64,000 nt of DNA from an uncultured Parachlamydiaceae bacterium (GCA_963752155.1 CAVVXH010000010.1:480001-544000); one strand, 5' to 3'. Positions 9,393 through 20,489 are shown, counted from the stretch's first letter. The notes: generated by a model not told the origin, from the letters alone. A program made the numbers and translations.

Positions 9393-11390
9393 GTGATAAA
9401 TTCTTATGATCGCTTTCGTCTTGCCTGGCTGCAATTTTTTTTGATTTTTGCCTTCTCATTGCTGCTAGCACGATTTTATACTATCCAAGTCGACGAAAAC
9501 GAAAAGTGGCTTAAAATCGCTAGTCGGCAACATTATTTTACCATTCAAGAACCTGCTCCAAGAGGGATTTTCTATTCAAATCCTATGCTAAGAAAGCAGC
9601 ATCCAGGCAAACCACAACCTCTTGTAGTTGACATTGAGAAGTTTCATCTCCACATCGATCCACAATCTCTATCGCCTCAAATTAAACAAGAGATGTCGAA
9701 TCAGCTTACCCAACTTTTGAACTTGCCCAAGGCTCAAAAATCTTACATTGCAGATCAATTTTATAAAAAAAGCCGTAATCGTAAACTTCTTATGTGGCTT
9801 GATAAAGAGCAGCAAGAGCTTATTTCATCTTGGTGGCGGCCTTTCGCGAAAAAAAATAAGATCCCGCATAACGCACTTTTTTTTGTCACAGATTATCAAC
9901 GCTCTTATCCGTTTGGACCTCTTTTAGGTCAGTTTTTACATACGATAAGAGGTTGTAAAGATGAAAGTCAAGAGATGCCTACGGGTGGCGCAGAACTCTA
10001 TTTTGATCGCTACTTAAAAGGTGTTTCAGGAAAAAGACGACTGATGCGCTCTCCCAATAATTCTTTTGAAACCGGTGAAGTGATAAAAGCTCCTGTCAAA
10101 GGTGCTGATGTGTATTTGACTATCGATCATCGTCTGCAAGCTATCGTGGAAGAAGAATTGGAGAGAGCGGTTAAAAAATCTAGGGCGAAGGCGGGTCGTG
10201 CGGTGATGATGAATCCAAAAAATGGAGAAATCTTCGCAATCGCTCATTACCCGTTTTTTGATCCAACCCATTACCAAGATTATTATAACAATCCACAAAG
10301 GCTTGAGCATGCTCAGTTTGGAGCTGTAGTGGATGCATTGGAGCCAGGATCAGTAATGAAGCCTTTTACAGCATGTGTGGCGTTGCTTGCAAATGAAGAA
10401 CTGAAGAGGCGCAACGAAAAGCCCTTATTTGATCCATTGGAGAAAACGGCGACTTCAAATGGACATTTTCCAGGGCGATCTAAGCCGCTCGTGGATACCC
10501 ACTTGCATCGTTATTTGAATATGTCGATGGCTATGCAAAAGTCTTCTAATATTTACATGGCAAGACTTGCTGAAAAAATTGTTGCAACTTTAGGAAGTCA
10601 TTGGTATCGCACAGTTTTGCAAGAGCGATTTGGATTTGGTAAAAAAACGGATATTGAATTTCCTGCTGAAACACCAGGTGTATTGCCTATGATCGGTAAG
10701 TTGCATCCTAATGGAGCTCTGGAGTGGTCTACAAGTACACCTTTTTCTTTAGCAATGGGTTATAATTTGCAGGTGAATGCCATTCAGCTTCTGCGAGCCT
10801 ACTCGGTGTTAGCAAATGGAGGTTACTTAGTGCGGCCCACATTTGTAAGGAAGATTGTGGGGCAAGATCAGAATGGGAAAGAAAGAGTCATTTTAGATAA
10901 CACCACGCAAGATAGAATCCATTCTTTTCCTAAAGTGATCAACAAAGAAATAGTCCAAGAGGTTGTCAAGGCAATGAAATACGCAACTAAACCGGGAGGG
11001 TCCGCAGCAAAAGCTGAAATATATGGTTTTACAGAGGCTGGAAAGACAAGTACCACGAAAAAGATCGTTAATGGAATTTATGTCGACACATATCGAGCCT
11101 CTTTTGTGGGTTTTGTACCAGTTTCCGATCCAGCTTTTGTTCTTTTTGTGATGATGGATGAACCTTCCTACGGTTATGTGCCAGGTATTGGTAAAACTCA
11201 CCATGGAGGAACCTCTACAGCACCTGTTTTCTCCAAAATAGCAAAACGCAGTTTAGCCTATTTGGGGATTCCACCCGATGATCCTTATGGGTATCCGAGG
11301 GGTGATCCACGTGCAGATCGTTCGAAAGCAGACTGGATGGAAGAGTCGAAGGCGTTGCAACAGCTGTATGAAGATTGGAACAAACATTAA
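9393..11390 (+). CDS. ftsI: Penicillin-binding protein 3 (FtsI)
   Basis: N-terminal TM anchor, RSYPFG, LTIDHRLQ, SxxK (EPGSVMK), SxN (KSSN), KT(S) motif. Confidence 0.88.
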   Translation: MINSYDRFRLAWLQFFLIFAFSLLLARFYTIQVDENEKWLKIASRQHYFTIQEPAPRGIFYSNPMLRKQHPGKPQPLVVDIEKFHLHIDPQSLSPQIKQEMSNQLTQLLNLPKAQKSYIADQFYKKSRNRKLLMWLDKEQQELISSWWRPFAKKNKIPHNALFFVTDYQRSYPFGPLLGQFLHTIRGCKDESQEMPTGGAELYFDRYLKGVSGKRRLMRSPNNSFETGEVIKAPVKGADVYLTIDHRLQAIVEEELERAVKKSRAKAGRAVMMNPKNGEIFAIAHYPFFDPTHYQDYYNNPQRLEHAQFGAVVDALEPGSVMKPFTACVALLANEELKRRNEKPLFDPLEKTATSNGHFPGRSKPLVDTHLHRYLNMSMAMQKSSNIYMARLAEKIVATLGSHWYRTVLQERFGFGKKTDIEFPAETPGVLPMIGKLHPNGALEWSTSTPFSLAMGYNLQVNAIQLLRAYSVLANGGYLVRPTFVRKIVGQDQNGKERVILDNTTQDRIHSFPKVINKEIVQEVVKAMKYATKPGGSAAKAEIYGFTEAGKTSTTKKIVNGIYVDTYRASFVGFVPVSDPAFVLFVMMDEPSYGYVPGIGKTHHGGTSTAPVFSKIAKRSLAYLGIPPDDPYGYPRGDPRADRSKADWMEESKALQQLYEDWNKH

Positions 11391-11479
11391 GTTTGATTCT
11401 AATAATATAAGTTCAAGCTTGCGAAATATATCTAAATAAAATATGCTGCAATCCTTATGAATGGAATGCACCTAACTTT

Positions 11480-12733
11480 GTGAAAAGAACTATAGGTGCG
11501 ATAAATATATTAGCAACAACTGGAGATCGTTTTATGGGTACAATCTACAATAGTCTACAATTTATCCCTAACTATGGTGAAAAACTGCTAAGAGGGTTTT
11601 TTGATTTCGGTACAAAAATATCAACTCTTGAAGGACTTGATAAAGTCGCTACTTTCGCAAAGCCGTTAATCGCATTTATCAGCCTTCAACGTTATGGTGT
11701 TAAGATTTCATTCCGTATAGTTGAGGATTTCGATGGATTAAAAAGTGTAAAGAATTCTTTCTCATTTTTTAAGCAAGGTAATGATCTTTTTGTTAAGTCT
11801 TTAAAGCAAGGACAGAAAGAATTCTGGGACTATTTATTTGAATTGAATAAAAGAATGATGGGCATTTTGATGGCAGTACTAAATTTAGCCGAGTTAGTCA
11901 GTAAAAATGTATCGAAATGTGTAGATTATGTGACTCCTCCAATCAAAACATGGTCATTCTGTATAGGTACAGTTGTTGAACATGCCATCCCTGTGAAGCT
12001 AGTTGTAGCAACATTCATGGTGTTAGAGGATTTACGTGAAAAATTTAACAATATTCGTAAAAATGACATAAAAGCAACTTACAATCAAAAGAAAATAGCC
12101 TATTTCAATGGAGAGTATGGTAAAACTAACCTAGCTGAGGGATCGTCTAAATATAATGCTAAGGTCAAAGCTGCTATCGAAAGGAAATATGGTGAAAAGC
12201 TAGATAAGCTTTTAGTTGAATTGGATACAGTTCTTGCACCTTTAGACAAGAAAGACCCGGAGAGAGAGTTTATTCAAGAGATAAGAGGGGCTTCTTATAG
12301 CTGTGCAAAGAAAGTTACTATCTTAAAAGCCTTGAAGAAAGGACACGAATTAGTATATCATTCAGCTGAACTTGAGGAGGGCAGAAAACATCTAAATTCA
12401 GCAAATGTATTGATGAAAATGGATAACGAAAAATTTGCTGAAGAAAAAATTCTAAACATCAATGTTAGCCAATTAAATATAACCTCAGAAAATAAGGAGC
12501 ATTGGATCAATGTTGCAGTAGGTATAGTTAAGTTGGCTTCTTTTGGTATCCTCATGTGTAATATTCATTATGGGGCGGCTCATTTTGCAATAAAACTTGG
12601 AGTGACTACTCTTCAAGGAGCGAAGATTGTAGAAGGAATTAGCGCATTCGCAGGGATTTTAGATTTTGCCAAGTTCGGTCGTGATTTCTATATCCTCACA
12701 TCAAGCAAGAAAAAAAGCTTGCTGCCAGTTTAG
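11480..12733 (+). CDS. Hypothetical protein with hydrophobic segments (likely ATG 11533 after GGAG)
   Basis: Long ORF with no family recognised. Confidence 0.55.
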   Translation: MKRTIGAINILATTGDRFMGTIYNSLQFIPNYGEKLLRGFFDFGTKISTLEGLDKVATFAKPLIAFISLQRYGVKISFRIVEDFDGLKSVKNSFSFFKQGNDLFVKSLKQGQKEFWDYLFELNKRMMGILMAVLNLAELVSKNVSKCVDYVTPPIKTWSFCIGTVVEHAIPVKLVVATFMVLEDLREKFNNIRKNDIKATYNQKKIAYFNGEYGKTNLAEGSSKYNAKVKAAIERKYGEKLDKLLVELDTVLAPLDKKDPEREFIQEIRGASYSCAKKVTILKALKKGHELVYHSAELEEGRKHLNSANVLMKMDNEKFAEEKILNINVSQLNITSENKEHWINVAVGIVKLASFGILMCNIHYGAAHFAIKLGVTTLQGAKIVEGISAFAGILDFAKFGRDFYILTSSKKKSLLPV

Positions 12734-12764
12734 AGAAAAACTTGTTATAACCTAAAGGGGGGAG

Positions 12765-13021
12765 CAAGGACAACAAGGACAACAAGGACAACAAGGACAA
12801 CAAGGACGACAAGGACAACAAGGACGACAAGGACAACAAGGACGACAAGGACGGCAAGGACAACAAAGATCCACGGACTTTAGAATCGTAAGGAACATTG
12901 GGGCCATTTGGTGGGTCACGAATGGCCAAAAGCATAAAGTAATGACTACACGTCTTTGTTGTCCTTGTCGTCCTTGTCGTCCCTGTTGTCCTTTTAGTCC
13001 TTGTCGTCCTTTTTGTCCTTT
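12765..13021. repeat. Fold-back element copy 1: about 11 x CAAGGACRR, an ~80-bp spacer, then about 8 inverted units
   Basis: Direct reading of the 9-bp units at 12765-12870 and their reverse complements at 12951-13021. Confidence 0.9.
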
Positions 13022-13041
13022 TTTTCACCAATTTGGTCATT

Positions 13042-13626
13042 ATGGAATTAATATCTCAATCTTCTGAACCCAAAAAACCTGAACAGCTTTACGTCCACGA
13101 ATGGTTAGCTATAGTACTCATCTTGGGATTCTTGTGCCTTCTGACATTCATTGCCTATGTTAATTATGCAATAGACCATCAAGACCTGAAAACAGCTCAA
13201 GGAGCCAGCTTAAAGCCTCAAGAAGTTGAATTCCATGTAGAAGGAGCTGTGGCAAAGCCTGGAACGTACAGCGTAAAAGTCGGCACCAAAGTGAAAGAAG
13301 CTATAGCCCTAGCAGAACCCCTTCTAGAAGCAGATTTGAGAAAAATAAAGTCAACAAGCCGATTGCGCAATGGTCAAAAGATCGTAGTAGCAAAAAGAGA
13401 AATGATATCCATTTCTATCTCTGGAGCCATATCCCAAGAAAATCTTACGTTAAGTATCCCAAAAGGCACACGGATGAATGAACTATCCAAATATGTTCAA
13501 TTTAATGAGGATGCTGACTGCAGTAAAGTTGACTCGAAGCGCTATTTAAAAGATCAGGAAAAAATTATCATTCCTGTAAAAGGGGCCTCTAAACAGCCTA
13601 GAAAAGGGACTAACAAAAAAAAATAA
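13042..13626 (+). CDS. SLBB-domain membrane protein (ComEA N-terminal-like)
   Basis: TM helix followed by FHVEGAVAKPGTY..GTKVKEAIALA; a second degenerate SLBB-like repeat; no HhH DNA-binding domain seen. Confidence 0.65.
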   Translation: MELISQSSEPKKPEQLYVHEWLAIVLILGFLCLLTFIAYVNYAIDHQDLKTAQGASLKPQEVEFHVEGAVAKPGTYSVKVGTKVKEAIALAEPLLEADLRKIKSTSRLRNGQKIVVAKREMISISISGAISQENLTLSIPKGTRMNELSKYVQFNEDADCSKVDSKRYLKDQEKIIIPVKGASKQPRKGTNKKK

Positions 13627-13644
13627 AATAATGAAGATTCTAGC

Positions 13645-13673
13645 TTGTGCAAAAAATACTGCTTTGCTAATAT
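13645..13673 (+). promoter_or_regulatory. Sigma66/70-type promoter of the ribosomal protein operon
   Basis: TTGTGC-17 bp-TAATAT, about 195 bp upstream of rplC. Confidence 0.5.
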
Positions 13674-13867
13674 CACTATTTAAGATGCTCGGTTTTGAAA
13701 GTCCGAAAGTCTTCAATCCCAGTCTTGCCACTGTGGAGAACGCATTGCGTGCGTACCTTCACACATGAGGAAGATGGATATTGTCTATTAAGATGTTAAC
13801 AAGTACAAAAGACGAACGCAAAGCAGTGATAGCGTTTCGAATGATTTATTTTTTCAAGGATTGAAAT

Positions 13868-14518
13868 ATGGCGCTAAAGCTAATGGGTAAGAAACGAGGC
13901 ATGACGCAGCTATTCGATGAGCAAGGAAATGTTGTCGTCTGCACAGTGATAGAAATTGAACCTCATGTTGTTACGCAAATTAAATCGAAAGCAACAGACG
14001 GTTACACGGCTCTACAGCTCGGGTATGACAAAGTGATCACTAAAGATCCAAGGACATTAAAACGTCGAATAAAGAGTCCACGTTTTGGTCATTTCCAAAA
14101 ATCATCCATCGAACCAAGACGTTATTTAGCGGAATCCCGTGTGGAATCTGTCGAGAATTATACTGCCGGACAAGAAATTGGATTGGAAGTATTCGATGGG
14201 GTCACTCACCTAGATATTACTGGACAGTCCAAAGGAAAAGGCTACCAAGGAGTTATGAAGTTACATAACTTTGCAGGTGGTCCCGCTGCACATGGTTCCT
14301 CATTTCATAGACATGCAGGATCTACAGGACATCGCAGTACACCTGGACGTAGCTTTCCCGATAGTCCACGCGCCAGTCACATGGGTGATAATCGTGTGAC
14401 AACTCAAAATCTCAGAATTATCAAAATTGATAAAGAAGAGAATTTGCTGGTCGTTGAAGGTGCAGTGCCTGGAACGCGAAATGGCTTAGTTTATCTGTCA
14501 GCAGCGACAAAGAAATAA
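13868..14518 (+). CDS. rplC: 50S ribosomal protein L3
   Basis: GKKRGMTQLFDE, SKGKGYQGVMKLHNFAGGPAAHGS. Confidence 0.97.
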   Translation: MALKLMGKKRGMTQLFDEQGNVVVCTVIEIEPHVVTQIKSKATDGYTALQLGYDKVITKDPRTLKRRIKSPRFGHFQKSSIEPRRYLAESRVESVENYTAGQEIGLEVFDGVTHLDITGQSKGKGYQGVMKLHNFAGGPAAHGSSFHRHAGSTGHRSTPGRSFPDSPRASHMGDNRVTTQNLRIIKIDKEENLLVVEGAVPGTRNGLVYLSAATKK

Positions 14519-14540
14519 ATGTTAGTGTGGAGATATAATT

Positions 14541-15221
14541 GTGTCGACGTTAAAGAAATATGACCTAGAAGGTCACGAACATGGCCATGTTAAGCTTGAT
14601 GAAAAGCTTGTCTCAGCGACAGCGAATGGGCAGATGATTAAAGATTATATCGTCGCCTTGCAAAAAAATGCCAGACAGTGGTCTGCCAATACGAAAGGTC
14701 GCTCAGAGGTAAGCCACAGTACCAAAAAGCCTCATCCTCAGAAAGGTGGCGGACGCGCTCGTCAGGGATCGCTCGTTGCCCCTCAATATAAGGGTGGAGG
14801 AAGAGTTTTTGGTCCAAAACCAAAATTTGATCAGCATACGCGTATTAATCGAAAAGAACGGCAAGCTGCAATTCGCTTCCTTCTCGCTGAAAAATTGCGA
14901 GGTGGTAAACTGCATGTTGTTTCAGACTTTAGTTTAGAAGCTCCGAAAACAAAAGCCGTCGTCGAATTTATGAAGTCGCAAAACCTTTCCGGTCGTGTAT
15001 TGTTTCTTGGAGAAGGTGCTTATTTAGATCTTTCGCTCGATGAAGGTCCAACATTCAGCATCGGCCAGGATACTCATGATAATTTTATCAAAAGTGTGAA
15101 CAATATTCCAAAAGCAAATTTTTCGCTCGTAAAGAATATCAGCGGTTATGATGTCCTTGTTGCTCATCATATTGTATTAACTGAAAAAGCGCTGAATGAG
15201 CTCAATGATTGGTTATGTTAG
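14541..15221 (+). CDS. rplD: 50S ribosomal protein L4
   Basis: TKGRSEVSHSTKKPHPQKGGGRARQG, GGGRVFGPKP. Confidence 0.97.
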   Translation: MSTLKKYDLEGHEHGHVKLDEKLVSATANGQMIKDYIVALQKNARQWSANTKGRSEVSHSTKKPHPQKGGGRARQGSLVAPQYKGGGRVFGPKPKFDQHTRINRKERQAAIRFLLAEKLRGGKLHVVSDFSLEAPKTKAVVEFMKSQNLSGRVLFLGEGAYLDLSLDEGPTFSIGQDTHDNFIKSVNNIPKANFSLVKNISGYDVLVAHHIVLTEKALNELNDWLC

Positions 15222-15252
15222 CCAAAATAATTGATATCAAAAATAAGGATAA

Positions 15253-15591
15253 ATGAATATGACAAGAAACCCGTATGATGTTATCAAGCGGCAACATATG
15301 ACCGAAAAGGCTAGAGTGCTTAATGAATTACAGACTTCAGAAAGCAATCCATCGGTCTCTAGATGTAAGACCCCAAAATATACATTTGTTGTTCATCAAG
15401 ATGCAACAAAACATGAGATTAAAGCTGCTTTTGAAGCGGTATATAAAGATAAAGATGTCAAAGTACTAGCTGTCAATACAATTTTTATCAAAAGTAAAGT
15501 TAGACGTCGTCGTGGACGTTTGGGTAAAAGTCCTGCTATTAAGAAAGCTATTGTGACCCTAAGAGCTGGTGACAGCTTAGCAGATGTATAA
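15253..15591 (+). CDS. rplW: 50S ribosomal protein L23
   Basis: [32 protein letters not shown]. Confidence 0.93.
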   Translation: MNMTRNPYDVIKRQHMTEKARVLNELQTSESNPSVSRCKTPKYTFVVHQDATKHEIKAAFEAVYKDKDVKVLAVNTIFIKSKVRRRRGRLGKSPAIKKAIVTLRAGDSLADV

Positions 15592-15620
15592 CGGATAAGT
15601 TCTCCAAGGATGAGGCAGAA

Positions 15621-16463
15621 ATGTTAAAAAAATATCGACCAGTTACACCCGGTACGCGGCAATTACTTCTTCCAATGAATGAAGCACTTACACGTGTTGA
15701 AGGTTCTCGCGCTACGGTAAAACCGACTAAATCGTTGTTGTTAGCAAAAAGAAGAACGTCCGGAAGAAATAACAATGGGCATATCACATGTCGACATAAG
15801 GGCGGAGGCCATAAAAAGCAATTCCGTATCATCGATTTTAAACGCGATAAAGAAGATATTCCTGCGCGCGTTGCTTCTATTGAATATGATCCAAATCGTT
15901 CTGCTTATATTGCATTACTGAATTATGCAGATGGAGAAAAGCGTTATATCTTAGCCCCGCATGGTCTAAAAGTCGGTGATACAGTGCAAACAAGCAAAGA
16001 GCCTCCTTTCCACGTCGGTTGCTGCATGCGTTTAAAGCATATGCCTATTGGATCGACGATTCACAATATTGAAATGCAGCCAAGTAAAGGTGCAAAACTT
16101 GTCCGTTCTGCTGGGCTTTCAGCGCAGTTGATGGCACGAAGCGGTGGATATGCGACTTTGCGTATGCCTTCGGGTGAAATGCGCATGATCAATGAAGAAT
16201 GCAAGGCAACTTTCGGAGCCGTTTCCAATCCGGAGCACAATTTGCGTGTTGAAGGAAAAGCTGGACGTATGCGCTGGAAAGGTGTTCGCCCCACTGTTCG
16301 TGGTACTGCTATGAACCCTGTCGACCACCCTCACGGTGGTGGTGAAGGTAAACATAAAGGTAATATCCCTCAAACACCATGGGCACTTTTTACACGTGGT
16401 CTGCGCACACGATCGCAGAAGAAGTCCAATAAGTTCATTGTTAAAGATCGAAGGAAGAAGTAA
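15621..16463 (+). CDS. rplB: 50S ribosomal protein L2
   Basis: [39 protein letters not shown]. Confidence 0.98.
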   Translation: MLKKYRPVTPGTRQLLLPMNEALTRVEGSRATVKPTKSLLLAKRRTSGRNNNGHITCRHKGGGHKKQFRIIDFKRDKEDIPARVASIEYDPNRSAYIALLNYADGEKRYILAPHGLKVGDTVQTSKEPPFHVGCCMRLKHMPIGSTIHNIEMQPSKGAKLVRSAGLSAQLMARSGGYATLRMPSGEMRMINEECKATFGAVSNPEHNLRVEGKAGRMRWKGVRPTVRGTAMNPVDHPHGGGEGKHKGNIPQTPWALFTRGLRTRSQKKSNKFIVKDRRKK

Positions 16464-16465
16464 AT

Positions 16466-16730
16466 ATGGCAAGATCCCTAAAAAAAGGCCCGTTTGTTGA
16501 TCACCATCTTACGTAAAAAAGTGGAAGAACAAAATCGTCAAGGCTCGAAAAAGCCAATAAAAACATGGTCCCGACGTTCAATGATTACTCCTGAAATGGT
16601 TGGTCATACTTTTGAAGTGCATAATGGACGCAAGTTCTTAAGCGTTTTTGTAACTGAAAATATGGTCGGGCATCGGCTGGGAGAGTTTTCGCCAACGCGT
16701 CTATTTAAAGGGCACCCAATTAAGAAGTAA
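16466..16730 (+). CDS. rpsS: 30S ribosomal protein S19 (one apparent frameshift near 16511)
   Basis: [15 protein letters not shown].. then [31 protein letters not shown]. Confidence 0.9.
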
Positions 16731-16742
16731 AGGTCGCTGCAA

Positions 16743-17082
16743 ATGATATAAAGCTAATGCTATAAGTAAATATCTTCGAATCAGTCCTCGAAAAGCTCGC
16801 CTTAGCTGCAGGACTCATCCGTGGAAAATCTGTGTCTACAAGCAACATACACAGTTGAAATTTTGCAAACTCAAAGGCGGACGCCTCTTGCAAAAAACGC
16901 TCGATAGTGCTGTTGCAAATGCTGAAACACAGCATGATTTGCGCAGAGAAGCATCTGATCGTTGATGAGGTTCGCGTCGATGAAGGCCCACGTTTAAAGC
17001 GCGCAAAGCCGAAAAATCAAGGGTGGCCGTCATCCGATCATGAAACGCACAAGTCATTTTACTGTAATTGTATGCGAAGTAA
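16743..17082 (+). CDS. rplV: 50S ribosomal protein L22 (several apparent indels; approximate ends)
   Basis: KYLRISPRKAR, SAVANAE, VDEGPRLKR, KRTSHFTV across frames. Confidence 0.85.
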
Positions 17083-17094
17083 GGAGTATTGTAA

Positions 17095-17748
17095 ATGGGA
17101 CAAAAAACACATCCGATTGGTTTTCGACTCGTTCGCAATCGCAATTGGCGCTCCAAATGGTATGCAAATAAACAAGAATTTGGAACTTTGCTTCATAGAA
17201 GATCAACTTAATTCGTAACTATTCTCTTGAAGAAGAGTGCTCTTCAAGGGGCTTCCAGAATTTCCATTAGACGCATGAGTGAAAAAATCGAAGTCACTAT
17301 TCACACTGCTCGACCAGGAATGGTCATTGGTAAAAAAGGGGCTGAAATTGAAGTTCTTAAAGGTGAACTCCTCACGCCTTACAGGTAAAGAGATTTGGAT
17401 CGAAGTCGAAGAAATTAAGCGCCCAGATCTAGATGCTAAAATTGTAGCAGATGGAATCGCAAAGCAGCTTGAACGCAGAATTCCTTTCCGCCGTGCAATG
17501 CGAAAAAGCATGCAGTCGGCAATGGATGCGGGTGCACTAGGTGTTAAAGTTCAAGTCTCAGGTCGGCTTGGCGGAGCAGAAATTGCTCGGACAGAATGGT
17601 ATAAAGAGGGAAGTACGCCTCTACATACTCTCCGTGCTGATATCGACTATGCTACAGGGCGTGCAGAAACGACCTATGGTAGTATCGGAGTCAAAGTTTG
17701 GATTTATCGCGGTGAAGATAATGTTCGTCGAAGAAGGAGGAAGCTTAA
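17095..17748 (+). CDS. rpsC: 30S ribosomal protein S3 (several apparent indels)
   Basis: [50 protein letters not shown]. Confidence 0.9.
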
Positions 17749-17750
17749 CC

Positions 17751-18169
17751 ATGGCTCTAATGCCGAAAAGAACAAAGCATCGCAAATGCAAAAAGGACAA
17801 ATGGCCGGCATCAGCAAAGGCGGCAACTTTGTTCATTTTGGTGAATTTGGAATCCAAGTTCTCGAACGAGGATGGATCACAAACCAACAAATCGAAGCTT
17901 GCCGCGTAGCAATCAATCGATACTTTCAACGTCGCGGTAAAGTGTGGATTCGAATTTTTCCTGATAAGCCTGTTACAAAAAAGCCTGCAGAAGTTCGAAT
18001 GGGTAAAGGAAAAGGGGGCGTTGATCACTGGGTTGCTGTTGTTAGACCTGGACGTGTCCTCTTTGAAGTAGCCAACGTTCCGCGAGATATGGCTCAAAGT
18101 GCATTAAGGCGTGCATCTGCAAAATTAGGAATAAAAACGCGATTTGTTGAACGCGTCGAACAAGTTTGA
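17751..18169 (+). CDS. rplP: 50S ribosomal protein L16 (apparent frameshift near the 5' end)
   Basis: [12 protein letters not shown].., [33 protein letters not shown]. Confidence 0.92.
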
Positions 18170-18177
18170 GGATTATT

Positions 18178-18389
18178 ATGACAAAAGCAAAAGATTTGAG
18201 AGATCAACTCATAGAAGAACTTGAAGCGCTCTTGATGAAGCTCGCAAGGAACTCTTCAAGCTAAGAAGTGAAGTGACCAAAGGTGGAAGAAATCGAAAAA
18301 CCGCATCGCATCTGCTATGCGCGTAAGGAAATTGCACGGATTATTGACAGTCTTGCATGAAAAGCAAACAGTCAACTGCGGTAAATTAA
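18178..18389 (+). CDS. rpmC: 50S ribosomal protein L29 (apparent indels; approximate end)
   Basis: MTKAKDLRDQ.IEEL, RKELFKLR, KPHRI..RKEIAR; position after rplP. Confidence 0.8.
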
Positions 18390-18398
18390 GGAAGTATC

Positions 18399-18655
18399 AT
18401 GGAATCAGAAGAGCGAGGAAATCGCAAAGTTAAAAAAGGAATAGTCGTTTCCAACAAAATGCAAAAGACTGTCGTTGTCAAAGTTCAGACAACCATGCGC
18501 CATCCACAATATGGTAAAGTGGTTACTCGAAATAGCAAATTCTATGCCCATCAGTGAAAATGACTCCTTGAAAATTGGCGATGAAGTTGAAATCGTTGAA
18601 ACACGCCCTCTTATCAAAGTTAAAGCGTTGGCGCGTAGTTGCTACGACTGCATAG
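18399..18655 (+). CDS. rpsQ: 30S ribosomal protein S17 (apparent indels)
   Basis: [38 protein letters not shown]. Confidence 0.88.
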
Positions 18656-18753
18656 ATTTGCAAAAATTTGTCTAGTGAGCAAATGATAAGAATCGCAAAT
18701 TAGAGTGCAGAAGCTAAAGATAGATGAAATTAGAAAAATCGGAGTTTTGAGTC

Positions 18754-19119
18754 ATGATTCAGCAAGAAACCGAGCTTAAAGTCGCTGACAATACCGGTGC
18801 AAAGCGGGTAAAATGCTTTAAAGTCTCGGCGGTTCAAGCGGCGTTATGCCGATGTCGGTGATATTATCGTTTGCTCCGTTAAAGAGGCTGATCCAGATAG
18901 TAATGTCAAAAAAGGCGATGTTGTCAAAGCTGTCATTGTTAGGACAAAACGTACATTAGGCGTAAAGATGGTACAAAATTCCGTTTTGATACCAATAGCT
19001 GTGTGCTCATTGACGATAAAAATAATCCACGAGGAACACGTATTTTTGGACCCGTGGCTCGCGAAGTGCGTGATCGCGAATTTTTGAAAATCGCCTCACT
19101 GGCTCCAGAAGTGATTTAA
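18754..19119 (+). CDS. rplN: 50S ribosomal protein L14 (apparent indels)
   Basis: [17 protein letters not shown].., [24 protein letters not shown]. Confidence 0.92.
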
Positions 19120-19135
19120 AGCGAAGGCAGTAGAT

Positions 19136-19504
19136 ATGAATAGAAATTCAATAAGAAGAAAAAGAAAGCTAGCAGCCCCAGGTAGTAAAAGAATCCACAA
19201 GGGCGAACAAGTTATGGTAATTGCCGGTAACGAATTAGGGAAATTAGGTACTGTTCTAGCTGTAGAGGGTCCCAAAGTTTCGTTCAAGGCATCAATATGG
19301 TCAAGAAACATGTTAAACGATCTCAGGAAAATCCGAAAGGAAGCACCATTTAAATTGAAAAACCAATTCATGTTTCGAATTTACGCATATGTGTCAACGA
19401 CAAACCTGTAAATAAAAGTACGTGTGAACGAAAAGGGGACCGTGAATTGTACTTACATGGAAGGCGATACGCTGTAGTATATAACAAGTAAAGCAACCAT
19501 TTAA
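19136..19504 (+). CDS. rplX: 50S ribosomal protein L24 (apparent indels; approximate end)
   Basis: IHKGEQVMVIAGNELGKLGTV, QGINMVKKHVK, EKPIHVSN. Confidence 0.82.
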
Positions 19505-19518
19505 TGAGTTAAAGGAAA

Positions 19519-20073
19519 ATGTCTAGGTTAAAGAAAAGATATCATGAGGTCGTTAAGGCAGAGTTGCAAGAGAAGTTTGCTTACTCAAATCCAATGAAGA
19601 TCCCGTTCTGAAAAAGATCGTCATCAATATGGGTATTGCTGAAGCTTCAAAAGATAAAAACTCGATACAAGATTGCGTCAAAGAGATGACGATGCTTTCT
19701 GGGCAAAAGCCTATTGTCACGAAAGCCAAAAAGGCGATTTCGAACTTTAAATTGCGCGAAGGCCAGCCTATCGGCATAAAGGTGACTTTTCGTGGTGTGA
19801 GAATGTATGAATTTATTGACCGCTTTTTCAATATCGTATGTCCTCGCATTCGCGACTTCAGAGGCTTTCCTCAAAGTGTGATGGAAGCGGAAATTATAGC
19901 TTAGGACTAGAAGACCAGCAGATATTCCCTGAAATTAACCTCGATGAGGTGAAAAAACGCAAGGGATGAATATCACATTTGTGACACAGCTGCAGACAGA
20001 TGAAGAATGCGTAGAGCTATTAAGATTGCTCGGTCTACCATTTAAAAATTTACCGATAGCGGTAGCAGCTTAA
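19519..20073 (+). CDS. rplE: 50S ribosomal protein L5 (apparent indels)
   Basis: [41 protein letters not shown]. Confidence 0.92.
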
Positions 20074-20088
20074 GAAGGAGAAGGAAAC

Positions 20089-20489
20089 ATGGCAATTAGC
20101 GATCCAATAGCCGATTTCCTCACAAGGATTCGCAATGCCATCAAGGCTCAGCACCGATATGTCGATATGCATTGGAGCAAAATGAAGCAAAATATCGCTG
20201 AAATCCTCAAAAATCAAGGATTTATCGAAAACTTTCTCGTAAAGCATGACAACAAGCAGCGCGGAACAATGCGCGTATTCTTGAAATACGCTGACTGGTC
20301 GTCGTCCGGTTATTCAAGGATTGAAAAGAGTCTCTAAGCCTGGTTTGCGCCGATATGTTGGACACCAAGATATCCTCACTTTTATGGTGGACTTGGGCTA
20401 TCCATTCTTCTCGACTTCGCAAGGTGTTATGGCCGGAGCTGAAGCTAAAGCGCAAAATCGGCGGCGAACTTTTGTGCCTAGTGTGGTAG
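20089..20489 (+). CDS. rpsH: 30S ribosomal protein S8 (apparent indels)
   Basis: DPIADFLTRIRNA, RVSKPGLRRY, STSQGVM, GGELLCLVW. Confidence 0.92.

Noticed and set aside
12765..13021. CRISPR array interpretation of the CAAGGAC repeats
   Set aside because: The units are 9-bp head-to-tail with no spacers between them, they occur as inverted arms, and no cas genes are present.
12696..13040. ORFs 12696..13040(-), 26473..26673(+) and 29263..29463(+) as proteins
   Set aside because: They are stop-free by-products of the 9-bp repeat (SLL/TTR/KDD runs) with no other coding evidence.
17279..18169. Apparent S3-L16 fusion protein
   Set aside because: It is created by indels near the rpsC stop and in early rplP; rplP has its own ATG at 17751 after an AGGAGG.
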